35,899 nucleotides of DNA from Octopus sinensis (taxonomy: Eukaryota), in NCBI RefSeq assembly GCF_006345805.1, contig NW_021831906.1, positions 1-35,899 of the forward strand, in the 5' to 3' direction. Made by a program: the position numbers and the translations under genes. The notes below the pieces were generated by a model. It made no database searches, was not told the DNA's origin, and saw only the letters and a program-made list of their open reading frames with translations. The stretch's first letter is position 1; each line of letters starts with the position of its first letter. Of this stretch, positions 1 to 10,561 are shown piece after piece.

Positions 1-347
1 ACCCGAAAACAAAATAATAACTTTAAGGATTTCGGCTTTGAGTACTTGATATGTTCTCTGGCCAATGAGAGAATCTCTCAGTGCTCGCTCAGTTTGCTAG
101 TTATAATAACCAAATATAATTCAAATCACTTTCTAACATTAAAAAAGACATGAAAAACACTAAATAAGGTTGTCCTCGATACACGATGCTTGAAAACGAT
201 AATAGTTTGAAAGGTCACGGCTGGAACGTCCACATGTTTACTGCAGAAAACAGATATTTCAATTCAAAATTTCATTGCCATTAACTGTGGAAAATAGTTT
301 TATATAGCAATCTATCTTTTGTTGAGGGATGTCCTCTTTGAAACTAC

Positions 348-501
348 GGCTGTGAGATAAGTAGCTTGCCTATCAACCACATGGTTCCAGGTTCAGTCCC
401 ACTGCGTGACACCTTGGGCATGTGTCTTCTACTATATAGCCTTAAACCGACCAAAGCCTCGTGAGGGGATTTGGTAGACGGAAACTGAAAGAAGCCCGTC
501 G

Positions 502-549
<48 letters not shown>

Positions 550-617
550 GTGTTTGTCCCACACCATCGCTTGTTAATCGATGCTGGTGTGTTTACCGTA
601 ACTTAGCGGGTTCAGCA
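348..617 (+). mobile_element. tRNA-headed SINE, family A (CORE-like segment), 3'-truncated
   Basis: A-box/B-box-like head (ggctgtgagataagtagc...ggttccaggttcagtccc), CORE-like accttgggca-gtgtc segment and internal (AT)n/(GT)n; collinear with copies at 19031, 19715 and 28217. Confidence 0.85.
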
Positions 618-619
618 AC

Positions 620-732
620 GTGAAATGAAGTGTTTTCCCCAAGAACACAACACGTCGCCCGGTCCAGCAATCGAACATACAATCTTACGATCTCGAGTCC
701 AACACCCTAACCACTAAGCCACGCGCCTCCAC
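620..732 (-). mobile_element. tRNA-derived SINE head (family N-like), body missing
   Basis: Reverse complement gtggaggcgcgtggcttagtggttagggtgttgg...gttcgattgctggaccgggcgacgtgttgtgttcttgg has A and B boxes and matches the head at 30633. Confidence 0.75.
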
Positions 733-950
733 TTAAAGGCTTAAGGCTAACTGAAATAAACACAGATATCAACAACAACAACAACAACGATATAGCAGTT
801 ATATTACTTTATCAATGCTAGAACTGAGTCTGACCAAAATCGATCCACGTTAAATGAAGATCTGTATTCCAGATCTGAACGTAAAAAGTAAACCGGCGCT
901 CAAAGGACTCTGAGCATCTTCACCCATCTCTGACTATCCGCTTCCATAAT

Positions 951-1146
951 AATGATTTCAAATTTTGGCACAAGGCCAGCAATTTTGTGCTTAGTCGATT
1001 ACATCGACTCTAGTGCTAAAGTGGTACTTATTTCATCGACACCAAAAAGATGAAACGCAAAGACGTTCGAACACAGAGCGTTAAGGAGCGGAATATCGCT
1101 ACACATTTTGGCCGACGTCCTAACGATACTGCCAACCCGCCGCCTT
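951..1146 (-). mobile_element. tRNA-headed SINE, family C, degenerate
   Basis: Collinear with copies at 10203, 21328, 21547, 32761 (tttcaaattttggcacaaggcc...ggtactta...atcgac...gatgaaa...ctgcca..cgcctt). Confidence 0.8.
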
Positions 1147-1384
1147 ATCTCCACCCATAATAATAACTCTTACAATTATTTATACTGATAAATATGTCGA
1201 AGAATTCCTCAAGTAATGTGATACATGAGAAGTCAAGATTAATAGAAGATCATTTCCACGTCATTACATTCTAATTAGAGAACACCACGTCAAACTAAAT
1301 GGAGGTAGTTCATGCCTGCATTAATTAAATCCGTCTACCAATTGATATCAAATATTGCACTCGGAGCAATGGAGTTTTTGTCGC

Positions 1385-2107
1385 TGATGTTGTGGTTACT
1401 GATGGTAATGATGCTGATGTTGTTGTTGTTGATTATACTGATGATGATGATGATGATGATGATGATGGTGCTGCTATTGTTGTTGTTGTTGTTGGTGGTG
1501 GTGATGGAAGTTGTTTGGCGTTAGGTGGTGTTGGATTACTGTGGCATGTTAGTTGTAGGGGTGGTAGTTGTGGTTGTGGTGGCTGTGGTGGTAGTGGTGG
1601 TGGTTGTGATGGTGGTGGTGGTTGTGTTGGTAATAGAGCTGTTGTTGTTGTTGATCATGACTACCACGACGACGACGATGACGATGACAACGCTGATGAT
1701 GCTGATGATGCTGACGACGACGATGATAATAGCGCTGATGATAACGATGATAATGATGATGATGGTGGTGTTATTGATAGTGCTGGTGGTATTAATAATT
1801 ATGCTAGCGGCTGGTAGCGTTCGTTTATCGTGATTGGGCTGTTGGCGGCGAAGGTGGTAGTGGTGATGGTAGGGAAAATGATGATGCTGAGTGTGAAAAT
1901 GGTATTGATGACGGTGGTGGTGATGATGATGGTAATGGTGATGGTTGTAGTGGTGGTGGTGGTGGTGGTGGTGGTGAGGGATGTTAGTATTAGGTGGATG
2001 AGTGGGTGGTTAATGTTGGGCGTGGTCATCGCTGTGGAAGCTGTTCGGTGGTGATGCCGGTGGAGATGTTTATGGTGATATTGGTGATGGCGATGAGGAT
2101 GATGATG

Positions 2108-2139
<32 letters not shown>

Positions 2140-2325
2140 GATGATGATGGATGATGATGATGATGACGATGATGATAGTTGTGGTGGTGGGGATGTTTAT
2201 AGTGAGAATGGTGGGGGTGAGGATAATGATGGTGTTTGTGGTGTTGGTGTTGATGGCAGTGGTGTTATTGGTGGTGTTGGTGGTGGTGGTGGTGATGGTG
2301 GTGGTGTTGGTGGTAGTGAAAGTAA
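1385..2325. repeat. Compound (GAT/GGT/GTT)n low-complexity tract
   Basis: Degenerate trinucleotide repeats read directly; source of the poly-D/G/V/M ORFs. Confidence 0.95.
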
Positions 2326-2944
2326 CGGCATTTGGTACAGCAAGTGCTATTAGATGGTTCCAATTAGCCGACCTGTTATATTAAGTATTGTACAAGTTTC
2401 AGGCGGGTGCAAATAGCACAAACGGTGAGAGAAATTGGATTAAATGCCTAAATTAATTATTCCCAATTAGGAGTTTCTGAGTTCAAATGTGACAGCGATT
2501 TGCTTCGCGTTTTCGCACCTTCTGGGTTTAATGAAAAAGAAAAAAATAGCCAGCTGATGATAATCATCAAAACTTGTTCACCACAGAAATGTTTTATGTA
2601 TGTATATATTACCCTCTATAATCTATATACATGTAACCCCCCCCAAAAAAAAAACAGTCATAATGCATCGTTGGTGCAAATGTAGTTCGTTACATCAGTT
2701 TGCACAGCATCTTACCCGCAAGACACCCGTTAGTTGTGGAGGTGAATAATGAAGAGTTTAGTGAAATTCATTTTCTTTCTCTCATGTTTTATAAGCACTA
2801 TGGACACGAAGGGATTCCTGAAATAAGTCCAGTGATTTTTAAATCCACGCTGTTGATGACATCAGATAGCCGAATACAGCGAGTGGGCTTTAAATGGTGT
2901 AGTACAGGATGTAGTACATTAAATTATTTCTTATATATATCAAA

Positions 2945-3145
2945 TGATAATGTGGATCGTTGGCGATTTTTTTCCTCCGTCTTACTTTTCTCTTGGGCTT
3001 TCATCTGTTTCCTGTTTCTGACGAAGAGCTTTGCTCGAAACGTATAGCTAATTTCCCTTCCTTCCCTGAGTGTCTGCTAATACTTTGCATGTACCACGTC
3101 CTCGCGTCGTTGTTTTTCTTGTGTTTTTCCTCGTTTTTATTATCC
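2945..3145 (+). mobile_element. Penelope-like element terminus or derivative carrying a hammerhead motif
   Basis: Contains CTGACGA-A-GAGC-TTT-GCTC-GAAA-CGTA followed by a pyrimidine-rich tail similar in layout to 26640-26805; PLE assignment inferred from the established PLE-hammerhead association; boundaries approximate. Confidence 0.5.
3014..3048 (+). ncRNA. Minimal type I hammerhead ribozyme motif (stem I imperfect)
   Basis: Core CUGACGA 3018-3024, stem II GAGC/GCUC 3026-3036, GAAA 3037-3040, then CGUA (palindromic ACGU with GUA triplet). Confidence 0.6.
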
Positions 3146-3194
3146 TCTGTCTGTCTGTCTGTCTGTCTCTCTCCTCTCTCTCTCTCTCTCTATA

Positions 3195-3238
<44 letters not shown>

Positions 3239-3660
3239 TACTATATAGGATGAAGTTTTTTTTACAGAAAAAAAATTTCATCAGAAGATGTGGCATCTTT
3301 AAGGTTAGAATGATAAACAACTTATAAATAGGGGCTAAAGAAAATTATTTCTATGCCAATATGCTGATAACAGACTTTTAAATCGTCAATTTCCACATAT
3401 TATTAGGTACTCGCTACAGAAAATACGTGGAGCTGAAATCGAGGAAAGCTGGTCAACAGGATTTTTTTAGAAAAAGTTCGTTATTTCTATATTGAATCAA
3501 TTTCGGAATTAATCTCATAATAGATTTTTTTCCTCCTCAGTAGAAAACACGAAAAGATATAAATAAGATACTTATTTAGATATATCTGGGGTACTTATAT
3601 GTACTCATGATTTTTGCTTCGGCTTTTTCCATGGGCGCATGTAAGTACCTTATTTATATA

Positions 3661-4213
3661 TATGGTGGCTGCCCCTCGTTATCGAGTATGGCCATTGCAC
3701 AAAGCTTAATCAATGTTGTTATCGTACAGTGCCTATGCAAGAAGATCTTTTTTAAGTGAGGAAAGGCTGTGCACCGAGTCAATCCTACTCACTAAGCAAC
3801 AACAGCCATAATCCAAAAAGAAGCACAAGTCAACATCATCGGTAACCACTGAGCCGCAGGTTTTATGTCGGAGTTATCCAGTTATCTGAGTTACCTTCTC
3901 CTAGAAGAATGCCCTAACAAAGGCTAGGAGTCCTTCACTCCCAATGATTTAACCGCGCGATCGGGTATTCAGTCCGATTATTTCTATGTCCCCGCGCATG
4001 ATACAGCCTTAAGACATTTATTGAATGGCCTTTGACTCTCAAGAGTTCCTCTGCCCTTTGACGGATTTTGTTTTTCATTCCGCAGGGTGTCCTATAAACA
4101 CCCTCCTCACCAAGCAAGCTTGGTGGGGTTGCCGGTTTAGTCGCCGACGACCCGACCATGCAACAGGTTGTACTGGGTTACATGTTACCAGTAGCACTCG
4201 AAAGTGACCTGAC
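3661..4213 (-). mobile_element. ~550-bp interspersed repeat, possibly 5' region or derivative of an RTE-type retroelement
   Basis: Near-balanced-GC island with abrupt boundaries and several hairpins; ctaggagaaggtaactc motif resembles RTE 5'-UTR sequences I recall; only one copy here and orientation uncertain. Confidence 0.4.
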
Positions 4214-4300
4214 ATATATATATATATATATATATCATATATATATATATATACATACACACACATATATATATATATATATGCATATACACACACACAC

Positions 4301-4331
<31 letters not shown>

Positions 4332-4812
4332 TGTATGTATGTATGTATGTATGTATAGATACTCACACACACATACACAGTGTATGCGATTTATTAATAC
4401 TTCGAATTTGCTGCGGAATAGAGTCCTAAGAATGCTCCCAACATACTTCGAGTGTTAAAGAACACCGGAATGTCACAGACCAGACGCGACAACTCACCTC
4501 AGAATCCCCGAGAAAGGCACATATCAGTATTTCGCGATTATTGTGGCTTATCGATACCATGTCCTCCAATCATCATGAAACGAAGTGAGTCACTGCGCAA
4601 AGATTTATATGCAAATGGAGTATTTACAAATGTTTGCTGATGCGCTGCGTTGTAGCACGTGTGAATGTAAATCAAATTACAGAGTAAAAGCAGCTCTATT
4701 GATATACACAGTAGCGATTGCAAATACACGGTTTATTGAATTTGCTGTGACATAGCGTCCGTAGTTGTCACCATCATCGTCACCGCATTACTACAAGTAT
4801 TACTATTTTTAT

Positions 4813-4916
4813 TAGTTTATGCGTCAACGCTGCTTTCCTTAGGAGTGTGAAAACCGTCTCCACTCAGCTCCAATCCACCCGGACGTCCACCCTAAACACA
4901 TCCATTGTCATTAGTT
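4813..4916 (+). repeat. ~105-bp diverged direct repeat, copy 1
   Basis: tagtttatgcg...ccttaggagtgtgaaaaccgtctccac...aaacacatccattgtcattagtt matches 5905-6010. Confidence 0.85.
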
Positions 4917-5159
4917 CCCTTAGGTCCCTACATACGCTTCATGTTAAAAAAAAAGATATCTGAATGTCAGAGACCTGGCGAAACAATTCGTTTCGGAATC
5001 ACCGAGAAATTATACGTCCCGATATTTCGCCATTCTAGTTTTCTTTAACACTCGACGTATGTAAGGATTTTTCTTAGGATGATATCCTGCGATGATTTGA
5101 AAATGTTGCTATTATTTCTAGCCGGTGAAGCACCTGCGTAGATGCTTGATTCTTGTATT

Positions 5160-5594
5160 AGTAGTGGTGCTAGCAGCAGCAGCAACAGTAGTAGTAGTAG
5201 CAGCAGCAGCAGCAACAGTTGCAGCGGTGGCAACAGCAGTATTAGTAATAGATGCAGCGCAGCAGCAACGGTGGCGGTAGTAGTAGTAGTAGTAGTAGAA
5301 GTAGTAGTAGTCATAGTAGTAGTAGCAGTAGCGTTGGCAGCAGCAGTATTAGTAACAGATGCAGCAGTAGCAGCGGTTGCAGTGGTAGTAGTGGTAGTAG
5401 TCGTCGTCGTCGTCGTCGTAGTAGTAGTAGTAGTAGTGGTGGCAGTAGCAGTATTACTAACAGATGCAGCAGTAGCAGTCGTGGTAGTATTAGTGGTAGT
5501 AGTAGTAGCAGTAGCATTAGTAGTAGTAGTAGTAGTAGTTGTTGTAGTAGCGGTGGCAGCAGCAGTATTAGTAACAGATGCAGCAGCAGCAGTC

Positions 5595-5632
<38 letters not shown>

Positions 5633-5684
5633 TGTAGTAGCGGTGGCAGCAGCAGTATTAGTAACAGATGCAGCAGCAGCAGTC

Positions 5685-5729
<45 letters not shown>

Positions 5730-5786
5730 ATAGTAGTAGTAGCGGTGTCAGTAGCAGTATTCGTAACAGATGCAGCAGCAGCAGTC

Positions 5787-5835
<49 letters not shown>

Positions 5836-5864
5836 CGGTGTCAGTAGCAGTATTCGTAACAGAT

Positions 5865-5901
<37 letters not shown>

Positions 5902-5903
5902 TA
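5160..5903. repeat. Compound array: constant gtattagtaacagatgcagc motif (7 copies) separated by variable (GTA)n/(GCA)n
   Basis: agatgcagc at about 5250, 5357, 5462, 5576, 5666, 5768, 5861. Confidence 0.9.
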
Positions 5904-5904
5904 A

Positions 5905-6010
5905 TAGTTTATGCGTTCTCACTGCTTTTCTTAGGAGTGTGAGAACCATCTCCACCCAGCCGCCAATCCACCCCAGACCTCCACCCCAAACACATCCATT
6001 GTCATCAGTT
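5905..6010 (+). repeat. ~105-bp diverged direct repeat, copy 2
   Basis: Matches 4813-4916 with scattered substitutions and small indels. Confidence 0.85.
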
Positions 6011-6119
6011 GAAGAACATCAATGACAGAAACTTCAAAATGTATTTCTCGGTTTGCAAAGAAAATTGCCACCAGTAAATGTCGAATGTAATTGAATTGTG
6101 AAATTGTTTCAATAGGTCT

Positions 6120-7140
6120 GGGTGTGGTAGTGGCGGTATAGGTGGTGGTGTTGGTGTTGGTGGTGGCGGCGGTGGTGGTGGTGGCGGTGGTGGCGGCGGT
6201 GGCGGTGGAGGTGGTGGTGGTGGTGACGGTGACGGTGAAGATGGTGGTGGTGAAGGTGGTAGTGGTCGAGGTGTGGGTGGAAGAATTGGTGGTGGCGATG
6301 GTGGTGATGGTGGATGTGGAATAGTGGTGGTGGTGGTGGTGACGGTGAAGATGGTGGTGGTGGAATGGTGGTGATGAAGGTGGTAGTGGTCGAGGTGTGG
6401 GTGGAAGAATTGGTGGTGGCGATGGTGGTGATGGCGGATGTGGAATGGTGGTGGTGGTGGTGGTGACGGTGAAGATGGTGGTGGTGGAATGGTGGTGATG
6501 AAGGTGGTAGTGGTCGAGGTGTGGGTGGAAGAATTGGTGGCGGCGATGGTGGTGATGGTGGATGTGGAATGGTGGTGGTGGTGGTGACGGTGAAGATGGT
6601 GGTGGTGGAATGGTGGTGATGAAGGTGGTAGTGGTCGAGGTGTGGGTGAAGGAATTGGTGGTGGCGATGGCGGTGATGGTGGCTATAGGCAGTGGGTGTG
6701 GTGGGGTTGGAGGCAGTGGTGGTAGCGGTGGTAGCGGCGGTAGTGTTGCTAGTGGTGGTGATGTATGGCAGAAATGGTGGTAACCGTAGCTTGGGTGGTT
6801 TCGGTGGCAGTGGTGAAGGTTGTAGCATATAGGTGGAGATATAGGGTGGATTTGACGGTGGGGGTGATGAAGGTGGTGGTGGTGATGACGTTGTTAGTGA
6901 TGGTGATGGTGGCGATTAACAATGGCGGCGTGTGTGATGGGTTTAAGAGCGGTGATGGTATGAGGGAGGGCTGTGTTGGTATGAATGGTGGTGGTGAAGT
7001 CTATTGTAATGCTGACGTTGGCAGTAATGCTGGCGGTGATGGTAGTGGTGGTGGTGGTAGCTTAAGTGGGTGGTGTGTAAGTGGTGGTGGTGGGGGGGAG
7101 TGGGGTGTTGATGAGATGGTAGTGATGACAGTACGTGGGT
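6120..7140. repeat. GGT-rich tract including a ~124-bp minisatellite (about 4 units, 6220-6690)
   Basis: cgaggtgtggg recurs at 6267, 6391, 6515, 6636. Confidence 0.9.
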
Positions 7141-7289
7141 GGCGGGGAATGTCAGTGAATGATGTGACAGGAGACATCGTTGCAGCGATATACTGCATGT
7201 ATATAATTGCATATGTGTATGTGTGTGTGAATGAGTGTGTGTGTGTGTGTAAGTGTGTGTGCGTAAATGTGTATGTGTCTGTGTGTGTG

Positions 7290-7500
7290 TGTATGTGTCT
7301 GTATTTGTCCCTCACCACAGATTGACAATCGGTGTTGGTGTGTTTACGTCCTCATGTCTAGCGGTTCGGCAAAAAGAGACCGATAGAATAAGTACCAGAC
7401 TTTATAAAAATAAGTACTGGAGCTGATTAAAGGTAGTGAAATTATTCAAGGCGGTGCTCCAGTATGGCTGTAGTCATATGGCTGCAAGAAGTAAAAGAAA
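7290..7500 (+). mobile_element. SINE family A, 3' half
   Basis: ttgacaatcggtgttggtgtgtttacgtcc...gagaccgatagaataagtac...aaggcggtgctccagtatggc matches the 3' halves of 19031 and 19715. Confidence 0.8.
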
Positions 7501-8853
7501 ATACACGCATATATATATATATATTATATATATATATATATATGTATGTACGTACGTTCATATGTACGTGTTTATGTACCTACCTAGATGTACGTACGTA
7601 TGTATGTGTATATGAATATATGTATGTCATTATTCAGTTTCTTTCAAGATTTCTTGCCAATAGAGAAAGAACTGGTTTCTAACCTAAATCCAATGCTCCT
7701 TCATTAGAATTCCAACATCATCAACAGGACATTTTTGTATGTATGTATGTATGTATGTATGTATGTATGTATGTATGTATGTGTCTGAAAAGCAAACCTA
7801 ACAATGAATATACACGCAAATGCACAATCATACAAAAAGAAGTATTAGACGTTGCTAAAAATATGAGAAACCCGCCGTCTGAATAAATTAGCATGTATTA
7901 AAATTTGTATGAATGTATATAGGAATTTTTTTCTCAGTGGCCGTTCAGTTACAGAATATAATTAGAAATGAACACCTTAGCCTTCCATGACAGCAAAGAT
8001 TATTGGTCCCCGCGTATGCTTTAACTCGAGAGTAAATATTTCAAGACGAAAGTATATCGAGAATTTTTAAATTTAAACTAAATATAAACTAAATATAAAC
8101 TAAATATATGAAGCAAAATAATTTTGTTTGCTTCTGTCTGGATTTCGAAACGAATGCACATGAAATGAAGGTTTGTATTTAAATAGGTTTGAAGTTAAAC
8201 AATGTAAGTTCTAGAGTTGTTAGTAACAATCAACAACTATACATTGATACACATTACACTCGATCAGATTTTTCACCTTCAACGTGGATAAATCCTAAAC
8301 ACCCTTTGCTTGTATTGGTTTCCTCTGTTTTATCTTGAATTTGAATTAATTACCAGTCACATTTAAATTTTGTTTTATACAGGTTATGTGTACGCTCGTA
8401 CACAAAGTTTTAACTTTATAATTCTTGTGACAATATAAAATAGACAGATGTAGAAAAACACTAAGAATGTAGAAAACACTTCTTGTTTTATGAAAATTTA
8501 ATTAGCTACGATTGTATCTAAAGACACTTGTTCAAACCTAATATAAATCGAATTTGAATTATATTACCCTTTGAATAATTCCAGTCACAATTTGTATATC
8601 GAATAAGTTGTTGAAAAATTGTAAGGTAACTTCAGTTTTAATAAGCGTAACTTATTAGGTTACTATCAATAAGAATAAGTGTTTAATCCTGTATTCAATT
8701 GGACATAAATAGAGAGAAAAATAAATACTTCTAGCTTTATCTGCCTGAATTAGGATTTATTAATATAAGTTAGAAATTTTTCTTATCACTTAATATTTTC
8801 AAGCTACAACGACATCCCATTAAGCTGAACTATATATATATATACATACATAC

Positions 8854-8917
<64 letters not shown>

Positions 8918-9446
8918 ATTATATATATATAGATATTTATTATTTATTTATGTATATATATTATTTATTTATTTATGTATAATAGTGACATATTCAAGAA
9001 GAAGAAAAAAGGGCGAGTCCGACATATTTTAAATTAGTATTGAATGAAGTAAATATACGTTAAAGTATACAATGTATTATAGTGAACACACATACATACA
9101 CACGCTCATGCATGCACACATACACACACATGCACATACACAGTTATATACACACACACATGAAACCGATTAATATTATTTAATAATATAACGATATTTT
9201 CGTTCACAATAGAATAGCCAAAATTACCGGACGCAGTCCATTTCTAATATAGTGTGCAGAAATTGATAGCATAATAAACATACAAATTTATTGCTTTATA
9301 AGAAATTGATCTAAATAAACGATTAATTTTTGAACAACTACAAAATAGACCGCCTTTAGTAAAGTTTCGTCCTTTTCACTTAATAACTAATTAGAAAAAC
9401 AAACTGCGTTATGAAAAGTATATACACATAAATGTATATATATTTG

Positions 9447-9655
9447 GGTGCGAATGGTTTTGTTAAGCTGTGTCGAGTTTTACAATTATGTAAATACTAA
9501 TAATGGTATTTTTTTTTATAAGCTTAAATCTTATAGCGATCACCGTGCTAATGACTTAGGAGAATTGTCTAATAATGGGGAATATAAGCACTCGACAGAA
9601 AAGAAAAGTAGATTTTGCCGTACGTGAACCCACATTCTTTTGTTACCGATTATCA
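9447..9655 (-). mobile_element. SINE family T, degenerate inverted copy
   Basis: Reverse complement aligns with 9775-10000 (ggtgcgaatggtttt, ataagcttaaa, gcgatcaccgt, ataatgggg, cgacagaaaa, tttgccgta, gttaccgatta). Confidence 0.75.
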
Positions 9656-9767
9656 AATTTAAGAACTATATTAGTTCGTAGTTGTTTTTGGTAAACAAAC
9701 TTTATACGCTTTCGGTGCGAATGGTTTTGTTAATATAGTTCTTAAATTTAACGGAAAGGTTCAGACT

Positions 9768-10029
9768 GGTTCATTGGTGTAATCGGTAACACACTTAGTC
9801 GCATTAACAAAGAGATGTGTGTTCGAGTCCCACGCTTACGGCAAAGCCTACTTTTTTCTGTCGGGGGCTTATATACCCCATTATCAGACTATTTTCCTTA
9901 GTCATTTATACGGTGATCGCTTTAAGCTTATAAAAAATACCGTTATTAGCATTTACAGAATCGCAGAACGCGACACTACTTACTAAAACCATTCGCACCG
10001 AAAGCCTACTTTTATCTGTCGAGGGCTTT
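9768..10029 (+). mobile_element. tRNA-headed SINE family T with partial tandem restart of its body
   Basis: A box tggtgtaatcgg and B box gttcgagtccc; aaagcctactttt..ctgtcg.gggctt occurs at 9843 and again at 10001. Confidence 0.7.
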
Positions 10030-10202
10030 GTCTAACCTTTTTTTTTGTTTCTTTCTACCTGTCTCCTTTTCTCTCTCATTCTTTTCTTTCTTCCTTGTTT
10101 ATTTTTTCTTTGCTGTCACCCATCCTTTCTTTGTCTGCTCTCATAAAAACAACCAGACCAAGTAAGACCAAAAGCTCTGAGAAAAGAGTAGTAGTAGTAG
10201 TA

Positions 10203-10412
10203 ATGGTTTCAAATTTTCTCACAAGGGCAACAAGGGTAAGAGGGTAGTCAATTACATTGGTTTCAGTACTTGACTGGTACTTAATTTATCGACGCCGAAA
10301 GCATGAACGGCAAAATCGACCTCGGCGGAATTTGAACTCAGAACGTAGCGGCAGACAAAATACCGCTGAGCATTTCGCCCGGCGTGCTAACGATTCTGCC
10401 AGCTAGCCGCTT
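10203..10412 (-). mobile_element. SINE family C, near full length
   Basis: Reverse complement has A box tggcagaatcgttag, a long insert resembling a class II tRNA variable arm, B box gagttcaaattcc, body and tttgaaaccatta tail. Confidence 0.9.
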
Positions 10413-10462
10413 CAATAATAATAATGATGATAATAATAATAATGATGATAATAATAATGATG

Positions 10463-10505
<43 letters not shown>

Positions 10506-10561
10506 TAATAATAATAATAATAATATAATAATAATAATAATAATATAATAATAATAATAAT

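Noticed and set aside
3590-3649. 12-bp imperfect inverted repeat (ggtacttatatg/catgtaagtacc)
   Set aside because: Short, AT-rich, single occurrence, no TSD; compatible with chance or an unidentifiable relic
4090-4160. Twister ribozyme (gaggagggt and a ccgg-closed stem on the minus strand)
   Set aside because: Loop 4 lacks the pseudoknot-forming nucleotides and the P1/P2 arrangement does not fit
5142-5942. 266-aa Val/Ala-rich ORF that looks multi-transmembrane
   Set aside because: Translation of (GTA)n/(GCA)n; overlapping frames on both strands are equally open
6109-6828. 239-aa His/Pro/Thr-rich ORF resembling a histidine-rich structural protein
   Set aside because: Minisatellite unit lengths (124, 124, 121 bp) are not multiples of three, so each unit is read in a different frame; typical of non-coding repeat
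8072-8110. Threefold repeat of taaactaaatat-like 12-mer
   Set aside because: Short AT-rich tandem duplication of no evident significance
9768-9835. Functional tRNA genes here and at other A/B-box sites (620, 10330, 13020, 19031, 25085, 30633)
   Set aside because: No complete cloverleaf or paired acceptor stem; each continues into a repeat body, so treated as SINE heads
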